Source: Parcubacteria group bacterium Gr01-1014_30 (lineage in GTDB: Bacteria; Patescibacteriota; Minisyncoccia; Minisyncoccales; 2-12-FULL-40-12). From it: DNA of 64,000 nucleotides. Below, piece by piece: positions 33,446 through 42,686 of the stretch. The stretch spans positions 165 through 64,164 of the forward strand of contig VMFS01000004.1 of the NCBI GenBank assembly GCA_007376185.1, in the 5' to 3' direction. The notes beneath the pieces were generated by a model that saw nothing but the letters and a program-made list of their open reading frames with translations, searched no databases and was not told the origin of the DNA. The position numbers and the translations under genes are program-made. Numbering within the stretch: the stretch's first letter is position 1; each line of letters starts with the position of its first letter.

Positions 33446-34942
33446 GTGGAGACCACTCAGCTTTTGTTTCAACCGGGCCGGCGGCCGGGGAGTTGGTCCT
33501 CAGGTTATCAAGGAAGACCGGTGCAGCTTTGCATGCAGAGGTTTTGCAACCTTTGCGACTTAAAGGAAAGAGAACAGCTCCGTTCATTCAGCGGAGGCAA
33601 GCTTGAAGTTAAGCTCACTGCGCATCGCCGTCCAGCTTTCTGGGAGTGGGAGGAGAGGCCGTTTTACCGTGCACACATTGTTAAGGTTTTACCGCCAGAA
33701 TTTCCAACTGGCAAAGTTGTTGACGAGGGCTTTGAGATTGACGGTTCACGTCTTAACCTCGTTGTCTACAGGACGCCTCAAGGCGTCATCCTGGTTGACC
33801 CGGGCTATGTAGGCTTTGAACAGGGATACGACCCCTACGTTGGCCGCTTAATGGCAGACCATAAGATTATTGCTTCTGTGGTCACGCACGGTCATTTGGA
33901 CCACTGGAACGCGCTTGGCCAGACAACGGGCCCCGTTTTTATGCCAAGAACAGCTTACAGGTTAGCATCAATGCATGCGTCCTGGACCAGTGAGTCACAG
34001 CCGCCACAGCTTGACAGTGCGTTGAGAAACGCCAGAGATAATCTTATTTTCCCCGGGAAGCCGGTTCTTTTGGACGAGCTGCCGGTTAACATTGACACGT
34101 TTCATTTGCCCCATTCCATTCCTGAAACAATGGGTTTGGTGATTAGAGGCGAGAGGGGCAGAGCCGTGCACCTTGGCGACTTTAAGTTCAACGGCTTTGG
34201 CGCCAAAGCCAAAGCTGAAACCATTGCAAGGCTCCAGCAGATTGCCAAAGAACCAGTTGATTTTCTGGCTTTGACAATCTACAACGCCCACGTTCCGGGC
34301 TTTGTGCCCATTGAGGACTTGGTTGTGGATGCTTTGACCGACATTATGGTTAAAGCAGAAGGCAGAGTTGTCATTACCTGTTTCTCCACAAACCTTGACA
34401 GAGTTCTTCGCTTGGCTAAAATTGCCAGGATTTTGGGCAGGCAGGTCAGTTTTACCGGAGCCGGAATGCAGAATTGTCGGGAAATGATCGGTTTTGAGGA
34501 AACCGGTTACTCAGGCAAAGAGGTTGCGTTTGTCACCGGTTGCCAGGCCGAAGAAAGATCATTTCTTTGGAACATTGCGCAAGGCACTGCGGCGATGGAC
34601 CGAAGCGACACCTTGGTTTTCTCTTCTCGCTGCATTCCAGGTAACGAGGAAAGGTTAAGAGAACATTACACTCGCCTTAGGCCAAAAGTTGGCCGGTTGA
34701 TTGTTACCAGAGGCGAAGTTTCGCAACTCGGCCTGCAGGGCCTTGGGACTGAAGAGGTTTTCACTCATGTCTCTGGACATGAGTATGGAGATGGCATTCG
34801 CTTGGCCTTGGAAATCTTGCGGCCCAAGAAAGTTATTGCCTGGCCGCAGACATCGCCTCAAATCGAGGCGTTCCGCAAGATTTGCGAGGAGGTCGGGGGC
34901 ATTGAGATTCTTTCCGAAGACGAAAGAGTGATTGACATTTAA
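33446..34942 (+). CDS. Divergent RNase J-like / beta-CASP metallo-beta-lactamase-fold protein
   Basis: 498 aa. GTG start preceded by AAAGGAGG. HxHxDH motif VTHGHLDHW, a later FHLPHS, a beta-CASP-like region, HVSGH near the C-terminus, and a ~115-aa N-terminal extension containing CMQRFCNLC. Confidence 0.75.
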   Translation: METTQLLFQPGRRPGSWSSGYQGRPVQLCMQRFCNLCDLKEREQLRSFSGGKLEVKLTAHRRPAFWEWEERPFYRAHIVKVLPPEFPTGKVVDEGFEIDGSRLNLVVYRTPQGVILVDPGYVGFEQGYDPYVGRLMADHKIIASVVTHGHLDHWNALGQTTGPVFMPRTAYRLASMHASWTSESQPPQLDSALRNARDNLIFPGKPVLLDELPVNIDTFHLPHSIPETMGLVIRGERGRAVHLGDFKFNGFGAKAKAETIARLQQIAKEPVDFLALTIYNAHVPGFVPIEDLVVDALTDIMVKAEGRVVITCFSTNLDRVLRLAKIARILGRQVSFTGAGMQNCREMIGFEETGYSGKEVAFVTGCQAEERSFLWNIAQGTAAMDRSDTLVFSSRCIPGNEERLREHYTRLRPKVGRLIVTRGEVSQLGLQGLGTEEVFTHVSGHEYGDGIRLALEILRPKKVIAWPQTSPQIEAFRKICEEVGGIEILSEDERVIDI

Positions 34943-34953
34943 GATTAAAGTAT

Positions 34954-34991
34954 AAGGCGTCAGCTATAGCTGACGCCTTAATTATTTTTTA
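34954..34991 (+). terminator. Intrinsic terminator at the right edge of the island
   Basis: AAGGCGTCAGC-tata-GCTGACGCCTT followed by AATTATTTTTT. A second hairpin, TGGGCTTGTGC...GCACAAGCCCA, lies at 34994-35028. Confidence 0.7.
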
Positions 34992-35032
34992 TTTGGGCTT
35001 GTGCGAGGACGAACTTAGCACAAGCCCATCCT

Positions 35033-36469
35033 TTAGTATATGCGCCAGAGGAAACGCCAAGAGGGTTCTTTCACAACGTCAATGAACTTGTTCAAAACTT
35101 CTTCCAGAGACGGCAGTTTTAAGCTTGCTTTTGTGTCAATGGGGATGCCTGAAAACTTTGGCGGCATTGTGCCTGAAGCCAGCGTGAACATATGCGACAA
35201 AAAAGTGGTTGCATAACATCCCTTTGGCAAAACAAAGTTTATTACCGCTCCTTCTGGCACAATAGTGTAATTTAAGACCTGGGCGTGTTCCACGGTTTTT
35301 TGTTCTCTTTTTCTGGGGTTTATAAAAGGAAACGGCTCAACGTTTTTCAAAACAAAAGTTTGTGAGAAAAGTTCCAGGGGCTTTAGAAACTTTTCGTAAA
35401 GCCGCCAGGTTTTGGGGTCTTTTTCCAAAACCAGAGGAATAGTTTTTGGCGGCACCTTTCCTTCTTTTAAGTGGAAAGAAAGCATTTGGTTGAAAAGAAG
35501 CGCCGTGAAAGAAGTCAGCCACAACTGGGTTACTCTTGGAATTTGATTGAGCGCTCCCACAAAATCGTTGGGGTGTTCAACTAAATAGCCGGTCATTTGC
35601 AGTTCGTCCTGAAAGGTTGCCGGGAAAAACTCTATAATTTGAGCTATCTCTTCCCAGTTTCCCCATAGCTTTTCTATGTCTTTTCGCATTTGGCTAAAGT
35701 ATAAAGATTCCCGCTCTCCTGGAAAGCAGAAAGCGGCTTTGACCGCGCTTTCGTAGTCGCCCTTTAATATCAAAAGTCCTGAAAGGGCGTTTGTTAAGCG
35801 CGGAATGCCAAACCTCTGCAAATAATAGTAGTTGTAAAAGCCGCTTTTTTGCACTTTTGCCAAGCGAGCCAAAAACTCGTCTTTTTTGAAGTTGGCGCTG
35901 GTTCTCACCAAGATTGTAAACTGGTTAGCGCGAAGACCGCCAAGAAAGAGCTCTCTTTTTGAGGAAAAAACGTTTTTTATAAAAAAGTATTCGCTTGAGG
36001 CGTCATAGAGTTTCTCTATGTCAACGCCTTTCAGAGAAATCAGCTGGCTGGTTATGGCGTGTTTGTCTTTGATGCCGGCAAGTTTAATTTTGGTTTCAAC
36101 ATCTTCAGGTTTTATGCGGAGTTTTTGCGCCAGTTCTCCCACAGCTTCAATGGTTGACAGGCCGCATTTGACCAAGGTGGCGTACAAGACCGGGTCCTCG
36201 GGCAGGTAGTCCCGCTTTTTGTGCATAAACTTGTCCGGGAAAACATTGGTCCATTCACCGTCCGGAGTGATTTCTTCCACGATGAAGTCCTGGGGCCAAA
36301 GTTTCAAATACCCCTGGGGCAGGGGCTTGTCAGACGGAATAAAAATCCCGTACTTTTTCAAAAAGTCGGGAGAGTCAAGGGTATTTTTAATTCCGAAAAG
36401 GTGCGAATGGAGGCGGGCCGCTTCCCTGAAGTTTTTTCTTTCAATCGCTTTCGCTTCCCATATAGTCAT
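35033..36469 (-). CDS. truD: tRNA pseudouridine synthase TruD/Pus7 family
   Basis: LWPQDFIVEEI N-terminal motif and the catalytic GIKDKHAITSQ. Confidence 0.8.
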   Translation of the reverse strand: MTIWEAKAIERKNFREAARLHSHLFGIKNTLDSPDFLKKYGIFIPSDKPLPQGYLKLWPQDFIVEEITPDGEWTNVFPDKFMHKKRDYLPEDPVLYATLVKCGLSTIEAVGELAQKLRIKPEDVETKIKLAGIKDKHAITSQLISLKGVDIEKLYDASSEYFFIKNVFSSKRELFLGGLRANQFTILVRTSANFKKDEFLARLAKVQKSGFYNYYYLQRFGIPRLTNALSGLLILKGDYESAVKAAFCFPGERESLYFSQMRKDIEKLWGNWEEIAQIIEFFPATFQDELQMTGYLVEHPNDFVGALNQIPRVTQLWLTSFTALLFNQMLSFHLKEGKVPPKTIPLVLEKDPKTWRLYEKFLKPLELFSQTFVLKNVEPFPFINPRKREQKTVEHAQVLNYTIVPEGAVINFVLPKGCYATTFLSHMFTLASGTMPPKFSGIPIDTKASLKLPSLEEVLNKFIDVVKEPSWRFLWRIY

Positions 36470-36482
36470 AATGCGGGGAGTA

Positions 36483-37535
36483 TTACTCGACTAACTTTAA
36501 GCTCATTTTGTGCTCTGCTGGGCGCATTTCCAGGATTTCAAAGTTGTAAATTTTATCCACTTTCAGCTTTTCTTCCATCAGGGTCTGTGAGCCAAATTCA
36601 GAGATGTGACATAGTCCCTGGATTTCATCGGCTATCTGCACAAAAGCGCCAAAAGGATTTAGCTTTGTTACTTTGCCAGCAACTTTATCTCCTTTTTTGT
36701 ACACATCTTCAATTCCTTCCCAAGGGTCTTTTTTGAGAGCTTTTAGCGATAGAAAAACCTTGTCGTCTGAAATTCCGATTATTTTGGCTTTGACTTTTTG
36801 GCCGACTTTCACTATTTGCAGTGGGTCTTCAATGATTTTCCAGTCAAGCTCCGAAATGTGAATTAGGCCTTCCAAACCATCATCGCCGAACTTAATGAAA
36901 GCGCCAAACTCCACAATGCCCGTAATTTTCCCTTCAACAATCTGGCCGACTTCGTATTTTTTAAGAAGCTCTCTTATTTTGCCAGACTCCTTTGATTTTT
37001 CAGACAAAATAAGTTTCCCGGCCTTTGGGGCGAGGTCCAGCACCTGAACTTGGAGCTCTTTGCCCAAGAACTTTTGCAGTTCTTTCAAGATTTTGCCAGA
37101 GTCGGCGTCTTTAACTTTGGGGTAGTTTGCCGCTGCAAGCTGGGAGACAGGTAAAAAAGCGGGAATGCCCGAAACCTCTGCCAATAGTCCTCCTTTGTTG
37201 GCTCCTGTGATTTTAACTTGAATCACGTCTCCTTTTTCTTTCTTTTGCCTCAGTTGTTCCCAGGTTAACTCTTTGCCAGCTTGATTTGGGGACAGCTCAA
37301 TGTATCCCTGTTCGTTTTTCAGCTCAACTATTTTAGCAAGCAGTTTATCACTTACTTTAAGGTTGCGCAAAGTGTCCTTTGCTTCTTTCAGTTCCCGGCC
37401 GTAGATTATGCCAGAACCCCACGGCCCGAGGTCCAAAAAAACAGCGCCCCTTTCCTTGGCAATAACCTTGCCCTCAACAATGTCGCCGGCTTTTGGAGGT
37501 TTCAAAAAATTGTTCTGATCAAGCAAAGCTTTCAT
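36483..37535 (-). CDS. rpsA: 30S ribosomal protein S1 (four S1 domains)
   Basis: Repeated S1 motifs (GDIVEGKVI, GDVIQVKITG, GQIVEGKITGIVEFGAFIKF, GDKVAGKVTKLNPFGAFVQI). The ATG at 37535 is preferred over the ORF-track TTG at 37571. Confidence 0.85.
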   Translation of the reverse strand: MKALLDQNNFLKPPKAGDIVEGKVIAKERGAVFLDLGPWGSGIIYGRELKEAKDTLRNLKVSDKLLAKIVELKNEQGYIELSPNQAGKELTWEQLRQKKEKGDVIQVKITGANKGGLLAEVSGIPAFLPVSQLAAANYPKVKDADSGKILKELQKFLGKELQVQVLDLAPKAGKLILSEKSKESGKIRELLKKYEVGQIVEGKITGIVEFGAFIKFGDDGLEGLIHISELDWKIIEDPLQIVKVGQKVKAKIIGISDDKVFLSLKALKKDPWEGIEDVYKKGDKVAGKVTKLNPFGAFVQIADEIQGLCHISEFGSQTLMEEKLKVDKIYNFEILEMRPAEHKMSLKLVE

Positions 37536-37722
37536 ACTGCTTAATATTACATAATCCTTTAATTTTTTCAAGAGACGTGGTATAATAAAACAAGAATCCA
37601 GAATACAGAATCTGGAATCTGGAATTGGAATAAAGAAGATAGAATAAAGGGGAGTTCCCTGAATTCTGAATTCAAAATTCCCATTCTATATTCTATATTC
37701 AAGATTCTGAATTCTTCGACTT

Positions 37723-38421
37723 ATGCAGATAACTTGGAAAGGTCAGGCGTGTTTTCAAATAACGGCAGTACCCGATAAAAACAGCCAGGTTAAAATTGTT
37801 ATTGATCCTTATTCCGAAGAGATCGGCTTAAGATTGCCCAAATTGGAAGCCGACATTGTTTTGAGCACTCATAACCACTACGACCACAACAACGTGAAAG
37901 CGATAAGCCCTTCGGCAGGGGCTTTAACTGAGCTCAGCCGAACGTCCTCAGGGCAAGCGCATTTTTTGGTTGAAGGACCTGGCGAGTATGAAGCCAAAGG
38001 AGTGATTATTCAGGGCATTCACTCCTGGCATGACGAAAAAGAAGGAGCCGAAAGGGGAAGTAACACCATTTACACCCTTGAGGCTGAAGACCTGCGTCTT
38101 TGCCACTTAGGAGATCTTGGCCAAAAGGAGCTGACATCTGAACAGTTGGAAAAAATCGGTCAAGTGGATATTTTAATGATTCCTGTGGGAGGAGTTTACA
38201 CCATCGACGCCAAAGGGGCCTTGAAAGTAATGTCACAGATTGAACCCAAAATTGCCATACCGATGCACTACGCTTTGCCCAAATTAAAAGTTAAACTGGA
38301 TGGAATTGATAAGTTTCTGAAAGAAGTGGGCCTAAAGCGCATTACGCCCGAAGCCAAACTTGTGGTCAAGAAAAAAGACCTTTCCGAGGAGGAAGCAAAG
38401 ATAGTTTTGCTGCAGCCTTAA
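37723..38421 (+). CDS. MBL-fold metal-dependent hydrolase (UPF0173-like)
   Basis: MQITWKGQACFQI..., STHNHYDHN, HLGDLG. Confidence 0.75.
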   Translation: MQITWKGQACFQITAVPDKNSQVKIVIDPYSEEIGLRLPKLEADIVLSTHNHYDHNNVKAISPSAGALTELSRTSSGQAHFLVEGPGEYEAKGVIIQGIHSWHDEKEGAERGSNTIYTLEAEDLRLCHLGDLGQKELTSEQLEKIGQVDILMIPVGGVYTIDAKGALKVMSQIEPKIAIPMHYALPKLKVKLDGIDKFLKEVGLKRITPEAKLVVKKKDLSEEEAKIVLLQP

Positions 38422-38690
38422 TGGATTTTCTAAAGAGAGTTCAAAACCTTCCCTTGTCAAAAAGGAAAATAATTCTGTGGTCTGCTACTTTGATCTTGGC
38501 TGCAACTCTTTTTATTTGGTGGGTAAGGCAAGTTAGAGAGCAGCTGGAAAGTTTCCCGAGACAAGAGTTCAAAGAGCGGCTTCAAATCCCTGAATTGCCT
38601 CAGATGGAGCAGCCCTCATTTGACTTGCCCGAAATTAGTGAGGAAGAGTTGCGACAGTTAGAAGAGATGATTGAAGAAAGTAATCAATAA
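38421..38690 (+). CDS. Small membrane-anchored hypothetical protein
   Basis: 89 aa, one TM helix, an acidic C-terminus, and a start that overlaps the upstream stop (TAATG). Confidence 0.5.
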   Translation: MDFLKRVQNLPLSKRKIILWSATLILAATLFIWWVRQVREQLESFPRQEFKERLQIPELPQMEQPSFDLPEISEEELRQLEEMIEESNQ

Positions 38691-38705
38691 TTAAATAATT
38701 ATTCC

Positions 38706-38745
38706 ATTACGAATTGCGAATTAATTCGTAATAAATTATTTTTAA
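38706..38745 (+). terminator. Hairpin terminator upstream of gyrA
   Basis: ATTACGAATT-gcgaatt-AATTCGTAAT followed by AAATTATTTTT. Confidence 0.5.
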
Positions 38746-38746
38746 A

Positions 38747-41700
38747 ATGCCTGATAAGGCTAACAAATTAAATACGGCGGTCGGCCAGATAAAGCCCAGA
38801 GAAATCACCCAGGAGATGCGCGAGTCCTACATTGACTACGCAATGTCGGTGATTGTTGCTCGCGCCCTGCCCGACGTCAGAGACGGCTTAAAGCCCGTTC
38901 ACCGCAGGATTTTGTACGCGATGCGCGAAATGGGGCTGACTCACTCTGCTAAATATAGGAAGTCAGCCACAGTTGTGGGAGAGTGTTTTGTTAAGGACAC
39001 ATTAGTGTTAACCAGTAAAGGATTGGTGCCGATTCAAGATGTTGATATTGGAGACCGAGTTTATACCCAAAGCGGGTTGAAAAAAGTAATTCAAGTTTAT
39101 GAAATGCCGGCAAGGCCGTTACTAAGGGTTTCTTTAGACAACGGAGTGTCAAATATAGTTACATACTCGCAAAAGTTCAAGGTTTTAACTGAGGATTGGA
39201 AATTTCAATGGAAGGAAGCAGAAGATTTATCCGCAAATGATTATCTTTTAATAAAAACAGAATACCCCAAAATAAAAAAACCGGCGTCCCTTCGTGGAAT
39301 AATAGATAAACAACCCGGATACTTTAACGAAGCCATTGCTTATTTTCTCGGTTTGTTTATTTCCGAGGGAGCAATATCGCGCGATTACAGCGCAAAGAAA
39401 CTCCCGCGAATATCCATTTTCAATAATGATTACAAAACGATTGCGGTGCTGGCTAAGATTCTTAGGCAGGAATTTGGCTATCAGCCCGCCATTGAGAGCA
39501 GGAGTTACAACTTTAACGGCGCTGACGGGAAAGCCGTTGTTGGAACGAAATATGCCATAAGAGTAAATAGAAAAGAGATAAATGATTTCTTTGTCTCTAA
39601 TTTCAGCATTGCTGACAAGTGGGCTTTGAATAAAGAAATTCCAAGCCAGATTTTTATATCTCCTGAAAAAGTGGCCTTCGCTTTTATAGGCGGTTTAATT
39701 GACGGCGATGGCTCCATACATAAAAAAAGAAATGTTATTCATTACGGCTCTATCTCCGAGAAGTTAATTCAGCAATTACAAGTTCTTCTTCAACATTACG
39801 GCATTTTTACGCATAGATACACCGACGCAGCTCTTAAAAGTCATTACATAGGTGGCCGAAGAGTTGTAAAACGTCACCAGTTTTATTATCTAGAGGCAAA
39901 AGGGGAAAATGCGTCCAGATTAGCTTCTCGGATTTACCTGGTCAATGAAGAAAAGCGCGAGCGGGCTGCAAGGTTAGCTAATAAAAAATTCACTAGCCAT
40001 GAGCGTAAAGGTTTGAATACATACGACTTAATTCCCTACGCCGGGAAAATGCTTTTTCAAGAATTGAGCCGAAATCACATCGGAAGCGGCTGGTACCGCG
40101 ATGACAGCGGGATTAAGTTTAGAATGGGGATAAAGTATCCAACAGGATGCAAGATAAGATACTCTTCCAATCTGCAAGAAAAGCCTTTACGTCGAAATCA
40201 AATAGTTGATTGGGGAATTAAGGAGAAACTTAGTAGAATAAAATCTCCGTTTTTCGCTTTTCTTAGCGATATCGTTGAAAATAAAATTTATTTCTCAAGA
40301 GTTGCCAAGATAGAGCCAGTTTCTCCGGAAATTACATACGATCTTGAGGTGGAGGACGACCACGAGTTTATCGCGAATGGCGTTATCTCTCATAACTGCC
40401 TCGGAAAATATCATCCCCACGGAGACCAGGCGGTTTATGACACTCTGGCAAGAATGGCGCAGGATTTTTCTTTGAGATATCCTTTAATTGACGGGCAGGG
40501 CAATTTCGGATCGATCGACGGGGATCCCCCAGCTGCCATGAGATACACTGAGGCAAAGCTATCCAAAGTCGGCGAGGAAATGTTAAAAGACATTGAGAAA
40601 GAAACCGTTGACTTTATTGACAACTACGACGGCACCAGAAAAGAGCCGACTGTTTTGCCAAGCCCTCTGCCCCAGCTTTTGCTCAATGGCTCTTTGGGGA
40701 TAGCGGTGGGCATGGCAACCAACATTCCTCCGCACAACTTAACTGAGGTTACAGACGCTCTGCTGCACTTGATAGACAACCCCAAAGCCGACACCGAAGA
40801 CCTTTTCAAGTTCATCAAAGGGCCCGATTTCCCAACAGCTGGCTCCATTTTTGACAAAAAAGAGATACTGGCGGCTTACACGCAGGGCAAAGGGCCTATT
40901 GTCACCCGAGGCAAAGCCGAAGTTATTGACGGAGAAAAAGGCAAAAATCAGATAATAATCACCGAAATCCCTTTTCAGGTGCAAAAGTCCTCCCTCATTG
41001 AGAAGTTCGCCAACTTGGTTCAGGAAAAAAAGATTGAAGGCGTAAAAGACATTAGAGACGAGTCGGACAAAGAAGGAATGAGAATCGTGCTTGAGCTCGC
41101 GAGAGAAGCCTACCCGCAAAAGGTTTTGAACCGGCTTTACAAGTTTTCCGATTTGCAAAGAACTTTCCACTTGAATATGCTGGCTCTTGTTGAAGGGCTT
41201 CAGCCCAAGGTGCTCAACTTGCCAGAATTGCTTACTTTTTTCATTGAGCACAGAAAAGAAGTCGTTTTCCGTAGAACAAAGTACGACCTTGATAAAGCCA
41301 AAGAAAGGGCTCACATTTTGGAAGGTTTAGCTATTGCTCTTTCAAAAATAGACGCTGTCATTTCAACCATCAAAAAGTCAAAAGACCGAGAGGACGCCAA
41401 AAACAACTTGATCAAGAAGTTCAAACTTACCGAAATTCAAGTCAACGCCATACTGGAGATTCGTCTGCAGCAGTTGGCTAAGCTTGAAAGGCAAAAAATT
41501 GAACAGGAATTAAGAGAGATTTTGGCAAAAATAAAAGAGTTAACGGCCATCTTGAAAAGCCCGCAAAAAATAAAAGACATCGTCAAAAAAGAACTCATTT
41601 CTTTGAAAGAAACTTTCGGCGGCCAAAGGAGAACCCGCGTGGTGGCTCAAAAAATAGGCGAAATAGCCGAAGAGGACCTGGTTCCTTTGGAAGAGACAAT

Positions 41701-42634
41701 CATAACCTTAACCCAGGGAGGCTACATCAAAAGAATTAACCCCAAGACCTACAAGATTCAAAAAAGAGGAGGCAAAGGAATTATGGGAATGAAAACCCTG
41801 CAAGACGACATTGTAGAGCACTTTTTGTCTTCTCAAACTCACGACAACCTCTTTTTCTTTACGGACTCTGGCAAAGTGTTCAAGACCCCGATTTACGAGA
41901 TACCGGAGGGTCAGAGAGTTGCAAGAGGCCGCGGGCTTTTGAACTTTTTGGAAATTTCGCCGCAAGATAAGATTTTATCTCTCTTAGCTTTGGGTAAGGA
42001 AGACAAGGACTCGGGCGTAAAATATCTAGTAATGGCAACCAGCCGCGGTATAATCAAAAAAACGGCTTTACCTGCTTTTGACAATGTTCGCCGCTCGGGT
42101 CTGATTGCCATAACTCTGAAAAAAGGCGATTTGCTGAGAAAGGTTCAAAAGAGCACGGGTTCTGACGAAATTATTTTGGTTACAAAAAAAGGCCAGGCAG
42201 TGCACTTCAAAGAGCAAAACGTCAGGGAAATGGGACGACAAGCATCTGGCATTAGAGGAATTCGTTTGAAGCCGGGCGACGAGGTGATGGGAATGGAAAT
42301 AGTTAAAACTACAAACTACAAACTACAAACTACAAACTACTTATTGGTGGTTATGGAAAACGGGTATGGCAAGCGCACCGCTTTGGACGAGTACCGGCTG
42401 CAGAGCAGAGGGGGTTCTGGCATCAAGACAGCGAATATAACTCCAAAAACAGGCCAAATTGTTTTTTCGCGCCTTTTGACAGGGGAGGAAGAAGATTTAA
42501 TCGTCATATCCCGAAAAGGCCAGGTTATCAGGACGGCTGTTGATACCATTCCCAAACTCGGCAGGTCAACCCAGGGTGTAAGAATTATGCGGTTGGAACC
42601 TAACGACAAGGTGGCGTCGGCCACTTGCATATGA
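38747..42634 (+). CDS. gyrA: DNA gyrase subunit A, interrupted by an intein
   Basis: The exteins total 824 aa: ...RKSATVVGE | intein | CLGKYHPHGDQAVYDTLARMAQDFSLRYPLIDGQGNFGS...AMRYTEAKL, plus the C-terminal beta-pinwheel repeats. Confidence 0.93.
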   Translation: MPDKANKLNTAVGQIKPREITQEMRESYIDYAMSVIVARALPDVRDGLKPVHRRILYAMREMGLTHSAKYRKSATVVGECFVKDTLVLTSKGLVPIQDVDIGDRVYTQSGLKKVIQVYEMPARPLLRVSLDNGVSNIVTYSQKFKVLTEDWKFQWKEAEDLSANDYLLIKTEYPKIKKPASLRGIIDKQPGYFNEAIAYFLGLFISEGAISRDYSAKKLPRISIFNNDYKTIAVLAKILRQEFGYQPAIESRSYNFNGADGKAVVGTKYAIRVNRKEINDFFVSNFSIADKWALNKEIPSQIFISPEKVAFAFIGGLIDGDGSIHKKRNVIHYGSISEKLIQQLQVLLQHYGIFTHRYTDAALKSHYIGGRRVVKRHQFYYLEAKGENASRLASRIYLVNEEKRERAARLANKKFTSHERKGLNTYDLIPYAGKMLFQELSRNHIGSGWYRDDSGIKFRMGIKYPTGCKIRYSSNLQEKPLRRNQIVDWGIKEKLSRIKSPFFAFLSDIVENKIYFSRVAKIEPVSPEITYDLEVEDDHEFIANGVISHNCLGKYHPHGDQAVYDTLARMAQDFSLRYPLIDGQGNFGSIDGDPPAAMRYTEAKLSKVGEEMLKDIEKETVDFIDNYDGTRKEPTVLPSPLPQLLLNGSLGIAVGMATNIPPHNLTEVTDALLHLIDNPKADTEDLFKFIKGPDFPTAGSIFDKKEILAAYTQGKGPIVTRGKAEVIDGEKGKNQIIITEIPFQVQKSSLIEKFANLVQEKKIEGVKDIRDESDKEGMRIVLELAREAYPQKVLNRLYKFSDLQRTFHLNMLALVEGLQPKVLNLPELLTFFIEHRKEVVFRRTKYDLDKAKERAHILEGLAIALSKIDAVISTIKKSKDREDAKNNLIKKFKLTEIQVNAILEIRLQQLAKLERQKIEQELREILAKIKELTAILKSPQKIKDIVKKELISLKETFGGQRRTRVVAQKIGEIAEEDLVPLEETIITLTQGGYIKRINPKTYKIQKRGGKGIMGMKTLQDDIVEHFLSSQTHDNLFFFTDSGKVFKTPIYEIPEGQRVARGRGLLNFLEISPQDKILSLLALGKEDKDSGVKYLVMATSRGIIKKTALPAFDNVRRSGLIAITLKKGDLLRKVQKSTGSDEIILVTKKGQAVHFKEQNVREMGRQASGIRGIRLKPGDEVMGMEIVKTTNYKLQTTNYLLVVMENGYGKRTALDEYRLQSRGGSGIKTANITPKTGQIVFSRLLTGEEEDLIVISRKGQVIRTAVDTIPKLGRSTQGVRIMRLEPNDKVASATCI
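38984..40396 (+). mobile_element. GyrA intein (471 aa) with a LAGLIDADG homing endonuclease domain
   Basis: Starts CFVKDTLVLT, LAGLIDADG motifs LGLFISEGAIS and FIGGLIDGDGSI, ends VISHN with a +1 Cys. Confidence 0.88.
42306..42340 (+). repeat. Perfect heptanucleotide tandem repeat (AAACTAC x5) inside the gyrA coding sequence
   Basis: Five exact 7-nt units, 35 nt in total, translated as KTTNYKLQTTNY in the GyrA C-terminal domain. Confidence 0.9.
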
Positions 42635-42686
42635 TAAGATGAAACAAGGCCTTGATTTTTTGCGAATAATATGCTACCATAAAAGA

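Noticed and set aside
36221-36736. The 171-aa plus-strand ORF spanning the truD/rpsA junction
   Set aside because: It is antisense to two well-supported genes and crosses their intergenic gap. No motifs are present.
37572-37722. The low-complexity GAAT/AGAAT word region between rpsA and the MBL hydrolase as a distinct mobile element
   Set aside because: It looks like the locus-specific word-built hairpins seen in many spacers here (for example 17519-17632 and 1276-1365), and no second copy is in the window. I treat it as a divergent promoter/terminator spacer (a TATAAT is present at about 37582).
42300-42345. The tandem and word repeats in gyrA, the rpoB GCCAAAA x3 at about 12481-12505, the 54147-54180 AAACGTAAAGCGAA x2, and the repeats at 56265-56447 as possible CRISPR arrays
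   Set aside because: The units are 7-15 nt with no spacers, or there are only two 75-nt copies. No cas genes are in the window.
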